A stretch of DNA of 64,000 nt from the NCBI GenBank assembly GCA_023267635.1, contig JAHFMX010000003.1:26139-90138 (forward strand), in the 5' to 3' direction. The position numbers were made by a program, and so were the translations under genes. Position 1 is the first letter of the stretch. Every line of letters starts with the position of its first letter. The notes below the pieces were generated by a model that saw only the letters and a program-made list of their open reading frames with translations, searched no databases and was not told the DNA's origin. This document shows, piece by piece, positions 28,377 through 37,711 of the stretch. Origin of the DNA: a bacterium (GTDB lineage: Bacteria; Patescibacteriota; Minisyncoccia; Phycocordibacterales; UBA5272).

Positions 28377-30560
28377 ATGATTTCTCTTACCTCTCCTATA
28401 GGCGATCTATCTAGAATTAATCAGATACATACTGACGCTTTTAAACGTCTTGGTTTTTCTTCCATTCGTGATCTTTTATTTCATTTCCCGACACGATACG
28501 CAGACAGTAGGGATGTAACCGCAACAACCCATCTGGAACAAGGGAAACCTGTAACGTTATATGGAATCATGGAAAAAGTTGCTGTCCGTAGAAGTTTTAA
28601 AGGTCACATACCAATGACAGAAGCGCATGTTGCGGATCAGACGGGGGTTGTTCGCGCTATTTGGTTTAACCAAGCGTATATCGGAAAGATGTATCCAGAC
28701 GGATCAAAAGTGAAAGTAAGTGGTGTGGTTCAATCAGATAGTAAAGGGTTCTTTTTATCTAACCCAAGCATTGAGCGTGCACCAGAAATTATTCCAGACG
28801 CAGAAGATTCTCTTTTCCACACTAACGTGGCGCCAGAATTTTTAACACCTGTGTATCGAGAGACAAAAGGCATCACGAGTAACTACATATACACGCTTAT
28901 TAAAAAGGCGGTTCAAGGTGGAGTCCTTGATGATATTACGGATCCGATACCACCGCATATTCTTAAGAAACTTAATTTACCTGAACTCAAAGAAGCATTA
29001 CTGTATATTCATTTTCCAAAAGAAGAAAAGCTCACCATAGCAGCTCGTAAGCGATTTGCCTTTGAAGAAATATTTTATATGCAGCTTAAGCAATATAAGG
29101 AACGAGTGCTCGCAAAACATTCTCATGCGTACGCTGTAACGACAAGCGATGAAGATGTTAAAAATTTTATGGATTCATTTTCATTTATTCCTACTAAAGC
29201 ACAAACCGATGCGGTGGAATCAATCACGCGTGATATGCGAGAGAAGTATCCAATGGGAAGACTCTTGGAAGGGGATGTGGGGAGTGGTAAAACATTTGTG
29301 GCTGCAACGGTTGCGTATGCGACGTTACTTACTTCTGTTTCAAAAAATGGCCTGCCTGCGCAGGCAGGACAACCACTTCAGGTTGCGTATATGGCTCCAA
29401 CTGAAATATTGGCGCGACAGCACTTTGAAAGCTTTATTAAATATTTTGAAGGAACTGGGGTTGAGATAGGACTCCTTACAGGAAGTGGATGTAAGAAATT
29501 CCCAAGTAAAGTAGACGCTGATGGATTTACTGATATATCACGAACGCAGCTTTTGAAGTGGTTAGAAGATGGACGAGTGTCTATTGTGATTGGAACTCAT
29601 GCACTTATTCAAAAATCTGTAACGTTCGCTAACTTGGCACTTGTTATTATCGACGAGCAGCATAGGTTTGGTGTGAAGCAGCGTAAAGCACTCGCCGAGA
29701 AGCAGGCAGGTAAAAGAAAAGAACTTCCACACTTACTTTCAATGACAGCGACTCCGATTCCGCGAACGCTTGCTCTTACACTATTCGGAGATTTGGACTT
29801 AACGGTTATTGATGAAATGCCAAAGGAAAGAAAGAAAATTATTACAGAAGTTATTCCAGCTTCAAAAAGAAAGAATGTGTATGATCATATTCGCAAAGAA
29901 CTTACGGATGGCCGACAGGTGTATGTTATCTGTCCAAGAATTGACGAACAAGATGAAGAAGAAAAACAAAAGAGAATGCTTAAGAGCGTAAAAGAAGAAG
30001 CAAGAAGACTAGGAGAAGAAATCTTTCCTGAATTCATTGTGGATATCTTACACAGCAAAATGAAGAAAGAGGAAAAAGAAGAAGTGATGCAGGATTTTTT
30101 AGACAAGAAATCCCACATCTTGGTTGCGACATCGGTTGTGGAAGTGGGAGTGAACGTACCAAACGCGACGATTATTGTTATTGAACACGCTGACAGATTT
30201 GGACTTGCTCAACTTCACCAATTGCGTGGACGTGTTGGAAGAAGTGTGTACCAGTCACATTGTTATCTTTTTACAGAGAGTACGGGTGAAGGAACAGAAA
30301 AACGACTTAAAAATCTAGTGGAAGCAAAGAACGGCTTTGAGCTTGCAGAACTTGATATGCAAACTAGGGGGATAGGAACACTTATGGACGGTAAGCAATG
30401 GGGGATGAGTGATTTAGCGATGGAAGCAATCAAGAACCCGAAGCTGGTTGAAGTAGCCCGAACAGAAGCTCGTGAACTTATTGATAATGACCCAGATTTA
30501 CAAAGTTATCCTGATTTAGCCACACTGGTCCACAAGCGGGATACGGTTCATATGGAATAA
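28377..30560 (+). CDS. recG: ATP-dependent DNA helicase RecG
   Basis: GDVGSGKT, MAPTEILA, DEQH, TATPIPRT and QLRGRVGR motifs. Confidence 0.97.
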   Translation: MISLTSPIGDLSRINQIHTDAFKRLGFSSIRDLLFHFPTRYADSRDVTATTHLEQGKPVTLYGIMEKVAVRRSFKGHIPMTEAHVADQTGVVRAIWFNQAYIGKMYPDGSKVKVSGVVQSDSKGFFLSNPSIERAPEIIPDAEDSLFHTNVAPEFLTPVYRETKGITSNYIYTLIKKAVQGGVLDDITDPIPPHILKKLNLPELKEALLYIHFPKEEKLTIAARKRFAFEEIFYMQLKQYKERVLAKHSHAYAVTTSDEDVKNFMDSFSFIPTKAQTDAVESITRDMREKYPMGRLLEGDVGSGKTFVAATVAYATLLTSVSKNGLPAQAGQPLQVAYMAPTEILARQHFESFIKYFEGTGVEIGLLTGSGCKKFPSKVDADGFTDISRTQLLKWLEDGRVSIVIGTHALIQKSVTFANLALVIIDEQHRFGVKQRKALAEKQAGKRKELPHLLSMTATPIPRTLALTLFGDLDLTVIDEMPKERKKIITEVIPASKRKNVYDHIRKELTDGRQVYVICPRIDEQDEEEKQKRMLKSVKEEARRLGEEIFPEFIVDILHSKMKKEEKEEVMQDFLDKKSHILVATSVVEVGVNVPNATIIVIEHADRFGLAQLHQLRGRVGRSVYQSHCYLFTESTGEGTEKRLKNLVEAKNGFELAELDMQTRGIGTLMDGKQWGMSDLAMEAIKNPKLVEVARTEARELIDNDPDLQSYPDLATLVHKRDTVHME
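29351..29368. repeat. 18-bp perfect palindrome in frame within recG
   Basis: cctgcctgcgcaggcagg encodes LPAQAG between helicase motifs I and Ia. Confidence 0.75.
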
Positions 30561-30562
30561 AA

Positions 30563-30599
30563 AAAGAAAAACCTGAGGCATTGCCTCAGGTTTTTCTTT
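30563..30599. terminator. Bidirectional terminator
   Basis: aaagaaaaacctgaggca-t-tgcctcaggtttttcttt. Confidence 0.85.
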
Positions 30600-30616
30600 A
30601 CTGTAAGAGATTTTAA

Positions 30617-32059
30617 CTACCCTTCAACTCTATCTGTTACATAAATAATTGACTTAACTGGAGTAAACGTATTAGCTCCTGTTCCACACGATAATGTAAA
30701 GGTCGTAGAGTAATCGAGGGTAACTGACTTCTCCCCACGAGCGTACTGAGTAGAAGGAACTTTTGTTGTAAGAGCTGTTGTCATGTTTCTGTTTGCACCG
30801 TAGGGATCGTTTGCATTAGTCGTTCCTGAAGCAAGGGTAGAATTGAGGGCGGAAGATGCCGCAGCTCTTTCTGATTGACAAGTTCCATCACAGGTTGCAG
30901 GAATTTGTACTGCCGCAGTAATCTTACACTGCGTATTTGGGTAGTGAATTCCCCAAGCAATCTTCACCAAACCACCACGGTCCACTGAGCGAGGCGAGAT
31001 ATTAAATCCAACCAGACCACTATCAGATCCAGCGCCACCTGCCGTAATTGAAGCCGGCCCATCAACTACAAGGGCTCTATTTTGAGATGTCACAGAGCCG
31101 CTAGGTCCAGTACAAGTAACTGATTGAGTGTAGGTGCCTGGAGTTGTCATGACTGGAGTAGATATTGTAGAACCGGTACTTCCCAAATTTCCAGTTACAA
31201 TGCCAAACCCCGAACACGATGTTGTATCAGTTGAACTAAATGAAAAGGAAGATGAGTTTCCTGTAATGATGGTAGATGGTGAGAAAGGATTAAGAGTTAC
31301 CGTAGGGAGTGGTACACAAATCGAACCATTCCACGTTGGAGCTGATGCAGGACATACATTGAGTGTTACGGACTGTTGAGCTGATACTCCAACGACGTTG
31401 TAACAAATAAATGTCCATGTCTGACTACTGTAGTACGGACCATTCACTCCCCATGTGTATGATGTTGGACCATAGTTACAAGAGGTTGCATTAGAAGACC
31501 AGTATGACATTGAATTAAAGTTTCCTCCGTAGCTAACATAAGTAGGAGAAATGGAAGCTCCTACAGATGGAGGTAGAGGATATGGAGGACACGACTGTCC
31601 AAGTGAAGGAGTCACAACCGATCCATCCCAACAAGTTGTAGTTGGTCGCGCAGGACAAGATTGTCCAAGTGAAGGAGTTATGACTGAGCCATCCCAACAG
31701 GTAGTGGTAGGGCGTGCAGGGCAAGCACCAGGATTAAAATATGGATCATAGACAGTCCCATTCCAACAAGTTGTAACGCAGTCATTCCAAAAGTGACTAC
31801 CAGCAGTACCTCCTTGAGATGTTGGTGAAGTAAAGGGGCTTCCACTGTCACAGCTTGCAGGTATCACAGAGCCAGCGTTTTCTCCAAGTGTAGAATGCTC
31901 AATGTATGCCAGCTCTGATGTGTGTGGACTAATTCCACGAGTTATAAAAAACACCGCAATAAGTAAGAAACAAGAAACAAGAATACTTTTACCAGAATGT
32001 TTTTGGAGACATTTGATTATATGAGAAGAATTAGAAGTAAGAGCTTTATTAAGTTTCAT
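30617..32059 (-). CDS. Membrane-anchored Cys/Thr/Ser-rich surface protein with 22-aa repeats
   Basis: N-terminal TM helix; repeated CPARPTTTCWDGSVxTPSLGQS; Ig-like segments. Confidence 0.75.
   Translation of the reverse strand: MKLNKALTSNSSHIIKCLQKHSGKSILVSCFLLIAVFFITRGISPHTSELAYIEHSTLGENAGSVIPASCDSGSPFTSPTSQGGTAGSHFWNDCVTTCWNGTVYDPYFNPGACPARPTTTCWDGSVITPSLGQSCPARPTTTCWDGSVVTPSLGQSCPPYPLPPSVGASISPTYVSYGGNFNSMSYWSSNATSCNYGPTSYTWGVNGPYYSSQTWTFICYNVVGVSAQQSVTLNVCPASAPTWNGSICVPLPTVTLNPFSPSTIITGNSSSFSFSSTDTTSCSGFGIVTGNLGSTGSTISTPVMTTPGTYTQSVTCTGPSGSVTSQNRALVVDGPASITAGGAGSDSGLVGFNISPRSVDRGGLVKIAWGIHYPNTQCKITAAVQIPATCDGTCQSERAAASSALNSTLASGTTNANDPYGANRNMTTALTTKVPSTQYARGEKSVTLDYSTTFTLSCGTGANTFTPVKSIIYVTDRVEG
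31587..31780 (-). repeat. 66-bp intragenic tandem repeat (2 copies + 1 degenerate)
   Basis: Units begin at 31587, 31653 and 31719. Confidence 0.8.
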
Positions 32060-32139
32060 AGTTGATACTATAATGATACCCCATAATCTTTTTTATAGGA
32101 AAAGTTGTTCACATATTGAGTCTTGTGTTATGTGTCTGT

Positions 32140-32937
32140 TTAATTCTTAAGATTTTTTTCTATTAGGGTTAAGTTATGATCTATTGAAAGCTTCATAGCA
32201 CTAAGTCCGGTCATATATATGCGAGGGTCATTTCCAGGGTATGCATGCCCCCAATCTTCATTGTTCATTTTATTTGCTGCTTCTCTTGCATAACCACAAG
32301 CTTCTTTTGCCTCTGTAAACCTTTTTTTATTAATCAGTAAGGCACAGTATGTATTTTGTACCCAGACGGTATATTTAAAATTTTTAGCGATAGGTTCTAT
32401 GGTTTGCATGGCGCCATCTATATCTCCAACGCGAAATTGAAGCCAAGCTTTATCGTTTCTCCCTGCCCAAGTTTCAGGGTGTGCTTTTATATATATTGAA
32501 AACATATCAATCGCTTCATGGGTTCTGCCCATATATCCATAAGTAAGACCAAGGATATAGTACGTAGACAGACTGTCGGGGTAAATACTAAGTTCTTGTT
32601 CTGCCTCCTCTAACGCCTTTTCTAATTTTCCTTCTATAAAGTATGTTCTAGATAGTTGATAGTGAGCATAACGCGGAGGTGACTCTGATCCTATGGGGTG
32701 TGTTGCTGTATAATAGAAAAATTGAGCTAATTTTACGTTATAAAGTGACTTAGTTTTTCCAAAAAAAACATCTCCAATAGAGAAGGAGAAGGATGGGACT
32801 AGTAAAATACCAAAAGATATAAATAAAGTACTTCCTAGGAATATTTTGCCTATATTTCTAAACAAAAAATTCTCTTTAGAAGCCTTGTTAAAAAATTTTC
32901 TAAAGATTTGTTTATCATTTGTAAATAAACTACGCAT
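32140..32937 (-). CDS. Membrane-anchored TPR protein
   Basis: TM helix followed by TPR-like helices (AHYQLSRTY.., YYILGLTYGYMGRTHEA). Confidence 0.8.
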   Translation of the reverse strand: MRSLFTNDKQIFRKFFNKASKENFLFRNIGKIFLGSTLFISFGILLVPSFSFSIGDVFFGKTKSLYNVKLAQFFYYTATHPIGSESPPRYAHYQLSRTYFIEGKLEKALEEAEQELSIYPDSLSTYYILGLTYGYMGRTHEAIDMFSIYIKAHPETWAGRNDKAWLQFRVGDIDGAMQTIEPIAKNFKYTVWVQNTYCALLINKKRFTEAKEACGYAREAANKMNNEDWGHAYPGNDPRIYMTGLSAMKLSIDHNLTLIEKNLKN

Positions 32938-33074
32938 AAGTTATTTAATTTTAACATAGTTTTATAATTATTTTCTTCACTGTAAAATTCTTAGTATACG
33001 TATGCACATCAAATGCTTGGGGTTAAAATAAAAAAAGGGAGATGCCGAAGCATCTCCCTTGGAACCTCTTTCCT

Positions 33075-34205
33075 CTACTGGGCTTTTTTGAAAGTTGCAC
33101 TATTTCTACCGCCCGATGGATTGAAGTAAATTCCATCAATTGTACCCCCGCCTGCTTTGAAGGTACAAGTGCCACCAGTTTCACTGTTGCACATAAACGA
33201 CAACACTCCGTCTTTAATTTCTGAGGTTTTGAAAACGCTCGAAACAATTTTGGAGTTCGCATACGAATATTTTGCAACACATTTTGCATCCACTTCGACA
33301 ATACGAAGAAGTTGTTCGGGGATGCCATAGCCCCAGGTCCCAATCCAAGAACCATAGAAGTTTGCGCAAGCCAGAGGGACCTCTGATGATGGAGGAGTTG
33401 CTTTAGCACCCGCACCCTCTGTTATTCTTTGATTTGAGATTAGTCTGGATAAAGATCCCTCAGATACGTCAACCCTTGTAAAGGCTAATGTATCGTCGAT
33501 ACCAGAACCAATAAAGCGATCAAAAAGGTTATTTCCGCGGAATTCAAAATAATTGATGCCAGCAGATGTGGGGATTTCAAGGACACCCTTTTTTATTTGA
33601 CCCGTTAAGAAGTTTTTTGGCTTGGGATTTTTGCTGTATGCGTACTTGGCAACACAGTTGGTGTCCACGCTAACCACCCAAAGCCACACGACTCCTGAAT
33701 TAGCCCATGTCCCTGTCCATGCTCCAGCAAAAGCTGCGCACGTTGCAGGCACTTCCGCCGCAGGCTTCTCAAGAGCTGGTGAGCTATCTGTCCTTCTTGT
33801 TTGTAGCTCATTCTCGGCCGCCTTGGTTATCTTCACTTCCTTCGCTTGGTCATTTCTATCAAAAAATTTTCCAACAAATGACCCGTTGGCTGTTTGAGTG
33901 GCAGTAATCTTGGCGCCTGATTTGGCAACTAACTTCAATTCCTTTGTTACGGTATTAATTTCAGCTACAGACAGAGGTTGTTCCGTGCCAGACCACCCAA
34001 ACTTACCCTCGAGAGAGAGAGAGTCTTGAGATTTTTCCGATACGTTTACAACTATTAGCGCCCTGTCCCTATTGCTGCCCTCTACCTCCACCAACCAGGA
34101 GCCAATCATCTCGGCGCCCATTTTTGCCGTCACGGTTTGACCCATGGCAGATATAGTAAGAAGTGAAGAAATCACAAGAACCAGAAAAGTTTTAACAACA
34201 TGCAT
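33075..34205 (-). CDS. Secreted hypothetical protein with duplicated Cys-containing beta domain
   Basis: Signal peptide; two repeats (VPxxCAxFxGxWxGTW...VDxxCVAKYxY); AAGGAG RBS. Confidence 0.75.
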   Translation of the reverse strand: MHVVKTFLVLVISSLLTISAMGQTVTAKMGAEMIGSWLVEVEGSNRDRALIVVNVSEKSQDSLSLEGKFGWSGTEQPLSVAEINTVTKELKLVAKSGAKITATQTANGSFVGKFFDRNDQAKEVKITKAAENELQTRRTDSSPALEKPAAEVPATCAAFAGAWTGTWANSGVVWLWVVSVDTNCVAKYAYSKNPKPKNFLTGQIKKGVLEIPTSAGINYFEFRGNNLFDRFIGSGIDDTLAFTRVDVSEGSLSRLISNQRITEGAGAKATPPSSEVPLACANFYGSWIGTWGYGIPEQLLRIVEVDAKCVAKYSYANSKIVSSVFKTSEIKDGVLSFMCNSETGGTCTFKAGGGTIDGIYFNPSGGRNSATFKKAQ

Positions 34206-34398
34206 AGCAGTCTCCTTAAGAGTTTAACAAAGTACTTTCGAGTCTTGATTGGTGTAGTTTTTAACAAACACCTATCAATATCTTCCATATTTTAGTATAT
34301 ACTATTTAAAATATTTGTCAAGTTCTGTAGCATTGCCTCATCAAGTTTAAATACGTAGATACAAGTTAGATGTTAGTATATATTTACTCTGTAATTGT

Positions 34399-36060
34399 AT
34401 GTCCCACGTATTATTCAGTCTTATTAAAGATAAAATCTTTAAAGATGATGTAATTAAAGAAGTTTCTTATAACTCTCAAGGGGAGACTTTAGCGTGGATC
34501 TTTGATTTTAAAAGCCAAGCCTTATCAAGGATTTTTCTCGAAGAATACGCAAAATCTTTTTGGAGTATTTTTCAGAGTAAATATGGAACATCTCTTCAAA
34601 TAGGGGGAATGGAAACAGGAGCTATTCCACTTATTGCAGGTGTCGCCACACACTCTCCACAAGGTGTAGATGTTTCTAGTTTTTATATACGTAAATCTAG
34701 GAAAAAAAGTGATCTTGCTAATCAGGTTGAGGGGGATATTCAAAAAGGTATATCCATTATTTTAGTGGACGACATTATAAATAATGGCAATACGGTACGA
34801 AAACAAATAAAGATCTTAGAGGAAATGGGGCATACTGTTTCTGCCATTTTTACTTGCCTTAGATTTAGAGATATTTCTCAGTATCAAGACTTATTGGATA
34901 AAGGTATAGAGATAGTGAGTATTTTCGAGCTGAACGATTTTAGCAGTAGTTTGCCTGTTAAAAATTTAGTTAACAAATCAGACGGTCCACCTGTTAAGAA
35001 ATATACAATAGAGTACAAGCTTACATTAACGACCAAGCCTAATTTGTACTTGGTTGTACCAAAGTCAGCTCCAGTTCTTTGGGGTGAGTTTGTTTACGCG
35101 GGAGTAGATGATGGTTTTTTTTACTGTATAAATGTGAATGATGGCAGTGTTGTATGGGTATACAAGATTTTTTTTGGAACGAAGGGTAAAAATATATTTT
35201 CGTCGCCCCAAATATATAGGGATAAAATCTTATTCGGAGCGTATGACGGTAACTTTTATTGCCTTAATCGGTTTTCTGGAAAACGAGAGTGGGTTTTTAG
35301 TGATGCAGATTGGATAGGCTCATCCCCAAGCATTGATTACGGCAGAGGGGTTGTGTATATAGGACTTGAGTTTGGGCTTTTAAAAAAGTCTGGAGGGGTT
35401 GTAGCTTTAGATATCCAAACAGGAAAAGTTAAGTGGAAGAATTACGATATGGTTGGACTCACTCATGCATCTCCTGCGTATAACAAAAGATATAACATTG
35501 TGGTGTGTGGTTGTAATGACAACTATATTTATGCCTTTAACGCAAAGAACGGGGAAATACTCTGGAAATTTGAAACTAAAGGTGAGGTGAAATACGGTGC
35601 TATTTTTGATGATAAAAGAGGATTAGTCATTATCGCCAGTATGGATGGTGGGGTGTATGTGTTGCGAGTAAAAGACGGTACTTTGTACCACAAGTTTGAA
35701 GCTCGTTTTGGTTTTTATGCAACAGCTGCAATGAGTGGAAACCTTATCATCATCGGATCGTTGGATAAGCTCGTATATTGTTATAATATTGTATCCAAAA
35801 AGACTGAGTGGGTATTTGAAACTTCAGGAAGAATATTTGCAAGTCCGTGTATCGATGGTCAAAGTGTTTTTATTGGGAGTAATGACGGTAGATTGTACGA
35901 AATAGATGTCCCGTCGGGTAAGCTTATTGGAAGTGTTCAGTTAACAGAGAGAATTGTTAATAAAATCCAAATTGAACATGACCCAGATGGGAGTATGTTT
36001 TTATATGTTCCTACACATGCAGGGGAGTTATATAAAATAAGAGCGATGAATGTTAATTAA
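34399..36060 (+). CDS. Type I phosphoribosyltransferase (PyrE-like) fused to PQQ/BamB-like beta-propeller
   Basis: GMETGAIP, IRKSRK and IILVDDIINNGNT (PRPP loop) motifs, then repeated GxxDGxxY/W-docking blades. Confidence 0.85.
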   Translation: MSHVLFSLIKDKIFKDDVIKEVSYNSQGETLAWIFDFKSQALSRIFLEEYAKSFWSIFQSKYGTSLQIGGMETGAIPLIAGVATHSPQGVDVSSFYIRKSRKKSDLANQVEGDIQKGISIILVDDIINNGNTVRKQIKILEEMGHTVSAIFTCLRFRDISQYQDLLDKGIEIVSIFELNDFSSSLPVKNLVNKSDGPPVKKYTIEYKLTLTTKPNLYLVVPKSAPVLWGEFVYAGVDDGFFYCINVNDGSVVWVYKIFFGTKGKNIFSSPQIYRDKILFGAYDGNFYCLNRFSGKREWVFSDADWIGSSPSIDYGRGVVYIGLEFGLLKKSGGVVALDIQTGKVKWKNYDMVGLTHASPAYNKRYNIVVCGCNDNYIYAFNAKNGEILWKFETKGEVKYGAIFDDKRGLVIIASMDGGVYVLRVKDGTLYHKFEARFGFYATAAMSGNLIIIGSLDKLVYCYNIVSKKTEWVFETSGRIFASPCIDGQSVFIGSNDGRLYEIDVPSGKLIGSVQLTERIVNKIQIEHDPDGSMFLYVPTHAGELYKIRAMNVN

Positions 36061-36772
36061 TAGTTGTAGTTCTGATAGCTTCTTTATTTTTTGCACTTAT
36101 ACCATCTACGATAGTCCTGTTTATCATAGGATGCTCATTGTCTTCTGGTCCAAAATCACTATCAGGATGGAAGACAATAATGTCCATTGTTTCTGAAGAG
36201 GTGTTAAAACTATGTATTACCTCTTCTGCTAAAAGGAAGACACTCCCCTTAGAAAGCAAAACCACTTCGCCGTTATCAAGAAGGCATTCGCCGTTACCTT
36301 TATACACAAGTCCTACGCGTATTGAAGGGTGAGTATGAGGGGTCTGGGTAATATTTTTTGGAAAATGTAGATGATTTAAACAGGGGTTTCCTTTAATAAC
36401 AGGGGGTATAAGTAGTGAGTCGCTACAGCCATCTATGTACTTGAGTCTTCCTAGATTTTCTACTGGTCCACCAAAAACATTAACGCCCTTGTAACTGTTT
36501 GTGGACACTATAAAACAGATACCAGCTGATTCTACTTTGACTCTTCCCTTGCAGGAAAAATAGTCTCCTCCAAAAAAAGTCCGCTTCCTTCCATCTATAG
36601 TAACGACGACCTCACCTTCTGAAACTATTCCAAAATGAGTAAAAGAAAGAGGTAATTCTATTTCATAAGCGTGCATAGCTCCGTATAATTGAGTTGTGCC
36701 AAACTCACCAGTGTGTTCAGTGATAAGACCATTTGCAACCATTGAAACTATTAAGCCAGGGATATTTTTCAT
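36053..36772 (-). CDS. Cupin-domain protein
   Basis: QTPHTHPS..G and HSF..VFHPDSD motifs; ATG at 36772 preferred. Confidence 0.8.
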   Translation of the reverse strand: MKNIPGLIVSMVANGLITEHTGEFGTTQLYGAMHAYEIELPLSFTHFGIVSEGEVVVTIDGRKRTFFGGDYFSCKGRVKVESAGICFIVSTNSYKGVNVFGGPVENLGRLKYIDGCSDSLLIPPVIKGNPCLNHLHFPKNITQTPHTHPSIRVGLVYKGNGECLLDNGEVVLLSKGSVFLLAEEVIHSFNTSSETMDIIVFHPDSDFGPEDNEHPMINRTIVDGISAKNKEAIRTTTIN

Positions 36773-36967
36773 ATAGGGAAAGTGTAACAAATTAGTTTCT
36801 AAAATCAAAAATTACTCTGTTTTGGTTTCTATTTTATTTTTACAAAGAGTATTTTCACAGAACCTTTTTATTAGATAGTAAGGATTTCTTAGGTTTATCT
36901 GGTATTTTTTTTGTTAAAAATTAATTAATTTACAGGAGATTATTTTTATGTAATAGTTATAAATACA

Positions 36968-37705
36968 ATGACTGCTTTTCTTTATAATTTTTTTCACAAT
37001 GAGACCAATGATAGAACGGAGAAAGGTCTCATTAGTATTCCTGAGGATAAAAATGATTGGCCAGATTCATGGAAGAAAATAGAGTATAAACACTATTCTA
37101 CTTTTAAGTCTATAGTTCTTCCGAAAAGTAACGGAGCTCTGTTTAAAGAGTTATTGGTTAAAAGGAGATCTAGTGAGGGGTATATGTTAGATAATAACAT
37201 CACCTTATCGGCATTATCGTATATATTGCAATGTGGGTACGGGTTGCAGGGTGGAACAAAAGAAGAGGGGCGTGAAGAATCTAGGACTGTTCCCTCGGGG
37301 GGCAAGAGATACCCCCTTGAGGTATACGTATATCTGTTTAAGCGTGTTAATGAATGTAAGCCAGGGGTGTATCATTACGGGGTAAAGAGCCATACTCTAG
37401 AGCCTATTTTTTTTAAAGATTTTTCATACGAAGATATTTCACTATTTACTCCTCAAAAATGGTTACATGATAGTGTGGGCATGATTTCCGTAACGAGTGT
37501 TTTCAGTAGAACTATTGAAAAATATGGCAGTATGGGGTATCGTCTTATTTTGCTTGAGGCTGGTCACGTTGCTCAGAATATGATATTAGCAGGAACTGAA
37601 AAGGGGATAAATATTATTCCAATCGCAGGCATTAACTCAGAGGAGATAGAAAAAGTAATAGGGTTAGGTAGTCGAGAAAGGGTTGTGTACACTCTTTTTC
37701 TATAA
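36968..37705 (+). CDS. SagB/McbC-type FMN-dependent azoline dehydrogenase
   Basis: RRS, RTVPSGGKRYPLEVY, GVYHY, KY (EKYG) and EAGHVAQN motifs; adjacent to YcaO. Confidence 0.9.
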   Translation: MTAFLYNFFHNETNDRTEKGLISIPEDKNDWPDSWKKIEYKHYSTFKSIVLPKSNGALFKELLVKRRSSEGYMLDNNITLSALSYILQCGYGLQGGTKEEGREESRTVPSGGKRYPLEVYVYLFKRVNECKPGVYHYGVKSHTLEPIFFKDFSYEDISLFTPQKWLHDSVGMISVTSVFSRTIEKYGSMGYRLILLEAGHVAQNMILAGTEKGINIIPIAGINSEEIEKVIGLGSRERVVYTLFL

Positions 37706-37711
37706 ATAGTT

